The notes under the pieces: model-generated
What the model was told of the DNA's origin: nothing
The model's input: only the letters and a program-made list of their open reading frames with translations
Databases searched by the model: none
Shown: positions 56,440 to 64,000 of the stretch, piece by piece
How the letters are laid out: the number at the start of each line of letters is the position of its first letter
Numbering within the stretch: position 1 is the first letter of the stretch
Virus record (IMG/VR): IMGVR_UViG_3300037141_000243
Coordinates: 8,850 to 72,849 of that record
Reading direction: 5' to 3' (one strand)
Source: a virus
Length of the DNA stretch: 64,000 nucleotides
Made by a program: the position numbers and the translations under genes

Positions 56440-57480
56440 TCAGTTGCGAACGTCAAAGTTCAAGCCAACATTAAAGCCTACGGTATTGCCGCCGTTTGAC
56501 GCACCAAATGGTGAGAAGAGGTGGTGACCATCCGCAAGATTCGCGGAATAATTTGCCCCCACCCCAATTTGAGTGACGGTCGCCGTTACCTGAGAGGATT
56601 CGCCATAACCGATTCCGGAGCCGTCAATTCCCACCACGGCAATCGCAACATCAGCTATGGTGCTGAAAATAGCCGCTCCAAAAAGAATCGGGGTTACGGC
56701 GTCGGTCAACCAAGTCAACGCCTCGACCCGCGCGGCCGTATTTATTTCAATAAAAGCCCCGCTCGTTATAGTTGTCACCCCAGTCGTCGGTCCCTGAACG
56801 CTCTTATTCGTCCGGTTGAAATATGACGCCACATTTCGCTTCGTTACGCTGTCGTTGAAGTGTGTCGATCCGTCCGGGTAAGCCATACCGACGAGCGTCC
56901 GAGTCGCGTCGCCGGTTTTCTGCGGGATGCCATTTGATGCAAGCGTATAACCAGTTGCCGATGCCTCAAGCGTCATCGTGCTTCCGCTCATGTAGGCGTA
57001 GACATAGCCAAGCGTGGTCGCAGAAAAGGCGGAAGACGCAAGATTGCAGCTTGCAGGAACAGCGTAGTTAATACCGTTAATCCAAAGCTGCCCGCCTGCT
57101 GCCGGCGCAAGCAATAATGACGTTGTGCTGACGTATTGAAGTTGCGCGCCAGTTCCAGGAATGAGAGATCCAAAAAGGGATTGCATCGTGCCGGCTGTGC
57201 AGAGATTGTCGAACAAATCTCCTGCCAGCCACGCAAGGGCTGTGGTGCTTTCCTGGGCGCGAACAATAGTTGCAACATCACCTGTAATGTTAGTGACGTG
57301 CACGATCTCGTTTAGCAAACCGGTCAAGGCATCGGTAAAAGTTGCTACAAAATACTGCCCCGCTCCGGGCGCAGGAAAAAGTACTCCGGTTCCAACTGCA
57401 AGATTAACGGTGGTTGCCACATTGGTAATGCCGCCAGCCAAGGTGCTTTTACCAAGATTTGCAAAAAGAATTGTCGACAT
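56440..57480 (-). CDS. Tail fibre protein
   Basis: FAN...STLAGGI, G..FP, EIV.VT...GD..TIVRAQE.T.A..W..GD N-terminal module; follows the baseplate genes. Confidence 0.7.
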   Translation of the reverse strand: MSTILFANLGKSTLAGGITNVATTVNLAVGTGVLFPAPGAGQYFVATFTDALTGLLNEIVHVTNITGDVATIVRAQESTTALAWLAGDLFDNLCTAGTMQSLFGSLIPGTGAQLQYVSTTSLLLAPAAGGQLWINGINYAVPASCNLASSAFSATTLGYVYAYMSGSTMTLEASATGYTLASNGIPQKTGDATRTLVGMAYPDGSTHFNDSVTKRNVASYFNRTNKSVQGPTTGVTTITSGAFIEINTAARVEALTWLTDAVTPILFGAAIFSTIADVAIAVVGIDGSGIGYGESSQVTATVTQIGVGANYSANLADGHHLFSPFGASNGGNTVGFNVGLNFDVRN

Positions 57481-57500
57481 TGATTTCTCCTAGACAGCCT

Positions 57501-58235
57501 CTAAGGCGTGTTTACAGTGTATGAAAACTGAAACGGCAGCTCTACGGCCCCAGACAGAATTGCTTCTTTTAGGATCGCTGCTGTGGGAATTCCGGGTGCG
57601 GGGGTGTAGAATGAATTTAGCTGGTTATAAGCCGTTTGATTGTAAGCAAAGGCGTTATATAACGCCCCGCCAGTAACAGTTCGTGTTCCAAGTCCGATAT
57701 TGATATTGACCTGATTGGCCGGACCAAACGTCACACTGATTGGATAGGTTGTCACAACCGGCGGATCGGTGCCGTTGGCTCCGAAAAGGAACCGCATGAT
57801 CCGGCGTTTCAGCCAGCGAATGTTGAAGACTTTGCCGTCGCCTTTATAGAGCTGCCAAGTCAAAATACGCTTGAAGATATCGTCTGAGGTAGCGACATAG
57901 TCTTGGTTGCCAATAACCTTGAGTTGATTGTAGGCAATCTGGTTATACAACCAGGTATTATAAGGTCCGATGTTTCGATTGGTACCGGATGGGAGTGCGG
58001 GGCGGGTCATCCCGTAAATGCCAAAAGCAACTAAATCCAGCAACGGTCCAGCTATAGATGGACTGGTATAAACAGGAAGATTGATATTAACAAACCAATC
58101 GACATCGCCCTGGGTGATTTCATTCTGCGAATCAACGAAGGCTTGCAGATCATCGTCATCATTGTATTCTTGATACAAATATGACGGGATAACCTTTAGA
58201 AGCGTGGTTGGCCCTGCCGGGGGGAAATCTGCCAT
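57501..58235 (-). CDS. Baseplate wedge protein (gpI/DUF2612-like)
   Basis: YLYQEY.DD, G.LLD....IYG..R and SDD.FKRILTW motifs; follows gpJ. Confidence 0.75.
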   Translation of the reverse strand: MADFPPAGPTTLLKVIPSYLYQEYNDDDDLQAFVDSQNEITQGDVDWFVNINLPVYTSPSIAGPLLDLVAFGIYGMTRPALPSGTNRNIGPYNTWLYNQIAYNQLKVIGNQDYVATSDDIFKRILTWQLYKGDGKVFNIRWLKRRIMRFLFGANGTDPPVVTTYPISVTFGPANQVNINIGLGTRTVTGGALYNAFAYNQTAYNQLNSFYTPAPGIPTAAILKEAILSGAVELPFQFSYTVNTP

Positions 58236-58236
58236 A

Positions 58237-59679
58237 CTAACCTTGAGAGATCACAATGCCCGCAACGGTAGCGGTCAAATAGCTTTGGGTATCGCCTTGA
58301 ATGATCCCGGTTCCTGAAGTGGGGCTAACACCCACTCCGTCAATACTGACAGCAAATACCATGCGGGTTAAAAGCACGGGATTAAGGATCGACGCAATCG
58401 CAAGCTGGAAGGTTTCCTGTAATTCAAACAGATTGATTGGCATCCCCACCGCAATGGAATTGACATAAGCCGCGAGAGCGGGGGCACCAAATTGGGCTAC
58501 CGCCGCTGCTGATACAAAATTCAATGATGTGGTGTTCCATGTGACTGTCATGGTCACGGTTTGAACCAAAGGCACCACGAATGGGATGACATAGGTGTTG
58601 GGGTAGTCAGGAATGGCGGGCGAGACGTTGCGTGAGTTGGGGGTGACAACCCCACCGCTGGTCCAGGCCCCACTGCTGGTAGTATCCTGCCCGATAGTAA
58701 ATTGATAATCGTTTGTTTTGGTTATGGTATACGGACCACCAGATGACGGCATGGTAATCCCCGCCGTACCCAATACGTGAACATTGGCTTGCCCAGTAGC
58801 CAGGCCGTGGGCAATGTCTGTTGTAACCTTACCGGGGCTGGCGTTGGAAACCGCTGTCACGCGAATGGTCGACCCCACCAATGTGGAAACATCAAACAAT
58901 GATTGAAAGATGGCGTTCGCTACTTCGTAAGGATCACCGCCGCCTACCATGATCAGCCAGCCGCCACCGGGTTGGGAAATGGCCGAAATTAATCTTTGCT
59001 GCACGCCTGAGACTTGTCCAAGCAAGGTCTTTAGATAACGGGTCATGCCCTGCGAGGCAGCGAGGTTGCCTTGAAAGACCCGTGCTTGATAGCTGGCTTG
59101 GGTTTCCCCTGATGCTACCCCCGGTATCCCCGCGTTGGGGTTGGTAACGGTAAAAGTAATCCCAGGAGGGGGCGATGTTACGATTTGGGTTACTGTCCCC
59201 GGCGGTACAGCCCATGACCCCTGGACAGTCGCGACGCAATAAAGCGGGGGGCTATTACCCGATGAATCCAGGATACCGCCATCTTGCACGGTGTATTGAT
59301 AGGTCCCGTCACTTACAAGAAAGCCTTGAGCAACGGGTTGACCGGGGGCAGAGGCATCAGAAAATACACAATAGACCGATGTGTTGGTTTGGGTACCGAT
59401 AGGAATACCCAGCATTTGACCAAGCTGGGCCAATAGAAAGGCGTTCGATCCGAGGGCGGTCAAGGAATTCAGCAACTCCACACGTGCCTGATCGCAAACA
59501 ATCAAGGCCCCCACATCGGTGCTGGAGATATCCTCGATCAACGATCCGGGCAGATTGGCGGTATACCCCGGATTGGTAGCGGTCACCAATAAGATCAATT
59601 GTGCCAGCAGAACAGCCGGGGGCGTGGGCTGCACGCCTGCGGTTGTTATATTCAGCGGGAAAAATCCGGGGCTGCTCAT
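58237..59679 (-). CDS. Baseplate J-like protein
   Basis: LPGSLIED, L..LG...G, G...ET..Y.ARV, VSGV and VGGGD motifs; contains an AHGL-type beta insertion. Confidence 0.85.
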   Translation of the reverse strand: MSSPGFFPLNITTAGVQPTPPAVLLAQLILLVTATNPGYTANLPGSLIEDISSTDVGALIVCDQARVELLNSLTALGSNAFLLAQLGQMLGIPIGTQTNTSVYCVFSDASAPGQPVAQGFLVSDGTYQYTVQDGGILDSSGNSPPLYCVATVQGSWAVPPGTVTQIVTSPPPGITFTVTNPNAGIPGVASGETQASYQARVFQGNLAASQGMTRYLKTLLGQVSGVQQRLISAISQPGGGWLIMVGGGDPYEVANAIFQSLFDVSTLVGSTIRVTAVSNASPGKVTTDIAHGLATGQANVHVLGTAGITMPSSGGPYTITKTNDYQFTIGQDTTSSGAWTSGGVVTPNSRNVSPAIPDYPNTYVIPFVVPLVQTVTMTVTWNTTSLNFVSAAAVAQFGAPALAAYVNSIAVGMPINLFELQETFQLAIASILNPVLLTRMVFAVSIDGVGVSPTSGTGIIQGDTQSYLTATVAGIVISQG

Positions 59680-60020
59680 ATTGGCACACTAAGGCCCAGT
59701 TTTGTACCCGAATGTGTGGTCACGGCAACCTCGTAGGTAGGTGTGGGCAGTGGATCTTTGGAGATGATGATACTGGCAAAGCGGCCAGAGAATTGCTGCT
59801 GGGTTCGAGTCACATAAAAATCCGGGAAGACCTGTTGTACCACAGCGGGGTGTGCTGGTATTCCATAATTGGCGTAGAATGGGCTTTCGTTCAAATTAAG
59901 CAGCAAGACTTGTGCGAGGGTGGTTAAATATACCGCATCGTTATTACCGTCTGCTTGGGTATCAACTTCGACCCATTGGTAGGTATGGTTGGGGAAAAAG
60001 ATGCGCCCATAGGTTCTCAC
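59676..60020 (-). CDS. Baseplate wedge protein (gp25/gpW-like)
   Basis: L.LN..ESPFYANYGIP; lies between spike and gpJ. Confidence 0.7.
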   Translation of the reverse strand: MRTYGRIFFPNHTYQWVEVDTQADGNNDAVYLTTLAQVLLLNLNESPFYANYGIPAHPAVVQQVFPDFYVTRTQQQFSGRFASIIISKDPLPTPTYEVAVTTHSGTKLGLSVPI

Positions 60021-60655
60021 GTACCGGCATCCGGAGCGGTGGTAGTCCCGCTTCCAACCGATCCGCCACTGTGGGTATGATTTTGCAAAGTCACGGAATC
60101 GCCCCCGCCAAAGCCAGCAGTAATATCTCCGGTCACTGTTAGGTCTCCCGTTATGGCTACAGCATCACCGTTTTGCAGCACAATGGTTATTCCATCGGGT
60201 GTTAAAGTGATCACAGATTTCTTCCCTATGTCCTGAATAACAACACCGTTTGGACCTTGGATCAGTCTAGAATTGGGATCAGCGGGAACAGGGAAACTGC
60301 TGTTGCCGTTCGGCACAAACAAGAGGGCGCTGAGATTAGGCACAAGGCCAAATCGGGCTGTGCCGCCCCCCAGGCCGCTGATGCCCCCAAGGTAAGCGTC
60401 AGCGGGCACTAAAAGCCCCGTGTCGCCTACCTGCAAGGGCAGATAGTCGTATTCCGATGAGGCTACAGGAACCATCAATTGGGGGATGGTAAATTTGCTG
60501 GTTACCGCTACGTTGACCACTACGATCCAACCTAGCACAGAAACCACGGTTGCCGGCAGCGCCTTGCCTTCAAGCTGAAGCTGATTGAGGTATTTTCTTT
60601 TGGCAAAGCTGTTCAGTGATGTGGTAAGGGCGGTTTTCTGACTATTGTCTGCCAT
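60017..60655 (-). CDS. Baseplate central spike
   Basis: OB-fold-like N-terminus (LPLQVGDTG), beta repeats ITGDLTVTGDI and HTHSG metal-binding tip. Confidence 0.85.
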   Translation of the reverse strand: MADNSQKTALTTSLNSFAKRKYLNQLQLEGKALPATVVSVLGWIVVVNVAVTSKFTIPQLMVPVASSEYDYLPLQVGDTGLLVPADAYLGGISGLGGGTARFGLVPNLSALLFVPNGNSSFPVPADPNSRLIQGPNGVVIQDIGKKSVITLTPDGITIVLQNGDAVAITGDLTVTGDITAGFGGGDSVTLQNHTHSGGSVGSGTTTAPDAGT

Positions 60656-61698
60656 TAGCTATTCTCATCAACCGGGGCTAGAGAACTCGTGTCTCCTGCT
60701 GCAACTGGTTTTGTAATGGCGTTGAAAACCGTGACCCAAGATGCTGCGTCGGGCTGGCGGGAATTTCCCACATGCCGAATGACAGTAATCTGAAACGTTC
60801 CCTGAAATTGAATTGACTGGTCTTGTGTGAATGAATTTGACGCCTGCGTCGTGGTATAGATACCCTTCGGCATTGTAATGAGGCTGCCAACTACCAAATC
60901 ATAACGCATGACGCACTTAAATTGCAGGGTGACGGAATCAATCCATGCCGGCTGCCCAATTAAATCCTTGAAAGCAATTGCAGTGGGTGCAGGGGAAGGC
61001 TGCGTAAAATCATCAACATAAAAGGTCTTGTTAGTAAACCAAATTTTGACCCCTTGGTAATCGGGGCCGTAGATTTCCTGTCCTTGCGCTAAAGTGATCT
61101 CTTGGATCATATCGGCAAATTGCACAACATTCTCGTAATAGCCGGGTGTGTCGTAATTCAGTATTTGCTTGCATCCGGTCACGTTGACTTCGTAATTAGG
61201 GAAGGCGACCTTCAATGTATTTTGTATGGCGGTCCCAAGTGGCGTGCCCTTCTTCCAATTAAAAGAAAGATTAACCGGGGCGCGGCCTAGCGCACTGGTG
61301 TTGGCTGCTATGATGTAAAAATCCAGGGTCTGATCAAGCTCAATCCAATTACCAAGAGCCTGCTGAACAGTTCCATTAAATAGTAGCCCGGCTTGCGAGG
61401 GATCAGCTAAGGGCAAGCCCTTCTGCATTCCACCGTAAACTGAAATACCGTAACCTAGGGTGTTTCCTTTAGGGTTGTATTTACCGGCTGAATAAATAGT
61501 GCCGAGCGGAATACCCCAAATGCGGAGATAAGGGTTTGTGCTACCGTCGGGGGCACCAAACGCCACTACCGTCACATCCATTTCAACAGTCAGAGCGTTG
61601 GGGTCGATCTTTCCGTTTGGAAAGCTGGTATAGGTTTCATCTGGTGTTGTTCCGGTATTGCTTGGGGCAAAGAGGTCAATTTTATAGTATCGGCTCAC
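60655..61698 (-). CDS. Baseplate hub protein
   Basis: LRIWG, L..GTV.Q, DLIGQP, G.FQI..IRH.G.SR...W.T; upstream of the spike. Confidence 0.75.
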   Translation of the reverse strand: MSRYYKIDLFAPSNTGTTPDETYTSFPNGKIDPNALTVEMDVTVVAFGAPDGSTNPYLRIWGIPLGTIYSAGKYNPKGNTLGYGISVYGGMQKGLPLADPSQAGLLFNGTVQQALGNWIELDQTLDFYIIAANTSALGRAPVNLSFNWKKGTPLGTAIQNTLKVAFPNYEVNVTGCKQILNYDTPGYYENVVQFADMIQEITLAQGQEIYGPDYQGVKIWFTNKTFYVDDFTQPSPAPTAIAFKDLIGQPAWIDSVTLQFKCVMRYDLVVGSLITMPKGIYTTTQASNSFTQDQSIQFQGTFQITVIRHVGNSRQPDAASWVTVFNAITKPVAAGDTSSLAPVDENS

Positions 61699-62183
61699 GG
61701 TACAACCTCAAAGGTTTGTGAGGCGTCCCGGAAGACCAGAGTCGTGGTCTGAAAGTAATCCCAGACTAGATTGATGTCGCTGCTGACCGCGCCCAAAGCT
61801 GACGACTGTCCTGGGTAGGCCGGCAGGGGGTAAGTAAAAGTTGTTGGACCAGTAATCAGACACATCCAGATGCCGTTGTAAGCAATGGGGTTCACACCGG
61901 ATACCGTTAGCTGCAAGGTAGTACCCAGTTTATAACCGTGAGGATTAATCACAGTTGCGGCCACCACCCCCATTGCCCACGATAGAGATTGAAGATTCAG
62001 GGCGGAAGGCGATCCCACCAAAGCCTTTGACACGATAAAATTACCGGAGCTGTCTACCAGATTCAGGTACCAGCCTTGCCGAAATAGATTCCAGGTCACG
62101 CTTGCGCTGTAAACTTGATTGTCCAAGGTTGGTTGAAATTGGAAGATGTTGGGACCAGAAACAAACGGAAAATAAGTGGTCAT
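61695..62183 (-). CDS. Baseplate plug-like protein
   Basis: FQPTLD...Y...V.WN....WYLNL.D with an inserted PHG-type domain. Confidence 0.65.
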   Translation of the reverse strand: MTTYFPFVSGPNIFQFQPTLDNQVYSASVTWNLFRQGWYLNLVDSSGNFIVSKALVGSPSALNLQSLSWAMGVVAATVINPHGYKLGTTLQLTVSGVNPIAYNGIWMCLITGPTTFTYPLPAYPGQSSALGAVSSDINLVWDYFQTTTLVFRDASQTFEVVP

Positions 62184-62878
62184 ACAAACACTGGTGAATT
62201 TATGGGGGTTTCCGTGGGTGTTGTGATTAGTGATTTGTTTGAATCGGAGGCCGCCGGGGTAGTGCCTGATTGTGAAATGTTCCCCGTACTATCTGGGGTA
62301 ACTTGATTTCCATTGCTTACCTTCTGCATCAAATTATTCTGTGCTTGATCCGCTTGCTGTTGCTGAAGCAATGGTTGAATAAAGTCCCATTGCCATTCGG
62401 TTTGTGGCTGAGCCGAAGAGTTGGCGCTAATATCACGCAAGCTCTTCATTACCAGATTTTCCCACACCCCAGCAAGGGTAACAACAGTATAGGTTCCGCC
62501 AGATACGTTATGCTGTGCAATAGACGCTTGCAGGGCTGTCATGATTGATGACTTGCCGGAATACCCATCGCTAGTTCGAGCGGGGCAGATCATCTTGAGT
62601 GAAATGGTTAGCGGTTGGGTAATAACCGCGTTGGCAGCAACCGCCTGATTGGCAAAAGGGTAAGTACCGATTACCTGATCAATCAAAGTTGATCCAGGCA
62701 ACGGTACAAAATGAGCGAAGAAGCTGTCTAGATCGGATTGGTCTGCGCCGGAACCAGAAGGCTCTGTGAGGGATACAATAGGTAAGATTTGTCCGTTAGG
62801 AACAATCCCAGCCCCCGTTAAAAGAATGGGCGAGATTTCATATCCAAGGGTAAACTGAGATGCAATACCGTTTGCCAT
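62180..62878 (-). CDS. Baseplate/tail tube initiator-like protein
   Basis: YPFANQ.VAANA.I.QP, V.T......N..M..L and WDF.QP motifs; follows the tape measure gene. Confidence 0.65.
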   Translation of the reverse strand: MANGIASQFTLGYEISPILLTGAGIVPNGQILPIVSLTEPSGSGADQSDLDSFFAHFVPLPGSTLIDQVIGTYPFANQAVAANAVITQPLTISLKMICPARTSDGYSGKSSIMTALQASIAQHNVSGGTYTVVTLAGVWENLVMKSLRDISANSSAQPQTEWQWDFIQPLLQQQQADQAQNNLMQKVSNGNQVTPDSTGNISQSGTTPAASDSNKSLITTPTETPINSPVFV

Positions 62879-64000
62879 TAGCGGGCCAATTGTCCGGCGG
62901 AGACGATGGCGTTGCCGCCTGTATTGTTGTAAATGTTAATACTAACCGCTCCCGCACTTGCCATCAATTTGTGGGCGTGCTGTAAATACTTTTGTGTTTC
63001 CGGCATTAAGACAGACGGGTCATCGTGGCTGGCAATGAATTTCTTCAAGAATTTGGGCGATGAGTTGTACCCAACCAAAATCTCATCAAGGGTTTTGGCC
63101 CCTTGCTTTATGATATCCTGCACGGCTGCTTTTGCTACCTGGAGCGCGTAGGCCGGGTCAGTAAGCTGAGCGGGGTCAAACCCTAGCTCCTTTGCTGTGC
63201 CCGGCATGATCTGATAACGGCCAATTGCGCCGCCGTGCCCCGCACCGAATGCTTTGGAAATAGCGTTGTCCCCGCTACCCTCGAGCTTCCTAATAAGCCC
63301 CATAAGATCGAATCCACTACTGGGCTTTTCTCCTGGCGGGGTTATGTCAATTTGGGCTGAGGGGCCAGCACCGCCACCAAGGCGAAGAAAATTCTTTACC
63401 CCGCTCATATCCACGGTTGGAAACCATTGATCCTTGTAAGGGTTATCAGGCAATGACTCGGGATGGGCACCTGTATATTCTTTTAGCTCCCCTGCCGTGC
63501 CGCCTAGTAACGCCCCAGCCACGGCCCCGGCAGGACCGGCGATCTTTGCACCAGCGTAAGCCCCAATCAAAGCTCCCGCTGCTGGTTTGAATCCTAATAG
63601 CTTAAGGGCACTCGCTACCGCACCAGCAAGTGTATGTAAATCTTCGCCAAAGTTTTTGATGTCTGTACGAAATTGTTTACTGCTGAGATAATTACCAAAT
63701 TCATCAATGTATTTACCGAGCTTGTCAATATCGGCTGGTTTGATGGACGCCATGAATCTGGTCAGGGCATCGGTAACATGAACAGACAATCCGGTAAGGC
63801 TGGGAATAAGCGGATCGAGGCCTCGGATAAAAGCGGCCTCAATGTTATTTGAAGCACCACGCAGCCGATTATCAAGTTCTTGAAAATCCCGCATGACCTT
63901 GTCAGTCTGCGTGGCAGTAATTGCATCAGCGGCGGTTTGCTTTTTGATGTCAGAGTATTCTTTAGTGGACAACGACTTCAGGCGCACAAAATCTTCAAGG
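62878..64000 (-). CDS. Tape measure protein, C-terminal part with lytic transglycosylase domain (partial)
   Basis: Helical region, Gly zipper, then LEGSG, GAIGRYQIMPGTA, GYN and PETQKY lysozyme-like motifs; appears to continue beyond the window end. Confidence 0.8.
   Translation of the reverse strand, partial: LEDFVRLKSLSTKEYSDIKKQTAADAITATQTDKVMRDFQELDNRLRGASNNIEAAFIRGLDPLIPSLTGLSVHVTDALTRFMASIKPADIDKLGKYIDEFGNYLSSKQFRTDIKNFGEDLHTLAGAVASALKLLGFKPAAGALIGAYAGAKIAGPAGAVAGALLGGTAGELKEYTGAHPESLPDNPYKDQWFPTVDMSGVKNFLRLGGGAGPSAQIDITPPGEKPSSGFDLMGLIRKLEGSGDNAISKAFGAGHGGAIGRYQIMPGTAKELGFDPAQLTDPAYALQVAKAAVQDIIKQGAKTLDEILVGYNSSPKFLKKFIASHDDPSVLMPETQKYLQHAHKLMASAGAVSINIYNNTGGNAIVSAGQLAR

Noticed and set aside
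1180-63151. Many plus-strand and alternate-frame ORFs of 60-210 aa in the ORF track
   Set aside because: They are shadows of well-supported minus-strand genes in moderately GC-rich DNA and lack motifs. Only the intein-internal alternate-frame ORF has a coherent domain.

Overview
The window is most of a circularly permuted tailed-phage genome with a contractile-type baseplate, probably infecting an alphaproteobacterium (it encodes a GcrA homologue). Nearly all genes are on the minus strand. It starts inside the major capsid gene and ends inside the tape-measure/lytic transglycosylase gene, so the neck, sheath and tube genes lie outside it. Head module (1-17952): capsid, decoration protein, scaffold, NUDIX-DUF2213 protease, MuF-like protein, DUF1073 portal, TerL and TerS. 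It is interrupted by about 6 kb of signal-peptide-bearing glycan-active or fibre-like genes. Replication/recombination module (19.9-50.1 kb): SbcCD-like pair, Holliday junction resolvase, RecA/UvsX, gp32-like SSB, UvsY, DnaX-like clamp loader, beta clamp, UDG-fused family A polymerase, primase, two helicases and a sigma-like factor. Lysis and baseplate genes lie at 54-64 kb. No integrase, tRNA or CRISPR array was seen. The strongest finding is a 351-aa intein in the clamp loader whose putative homing endonuclease (Zn-finger plus Vsr/DUF559) is encoded in the overlapping +1 frame. Other highlights are an HNH gene sharing a synonymously recoded N-terminus with the DNA polymerase, a Sec/Tat-exported protein cluster in the head operon, a shared targeting/cleavage motif on head-cargo proteins, candidate structured ncRNAs and a phage ubiquitin-like protein. 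All family assignments come from motif recognition by eye; no database search was run.
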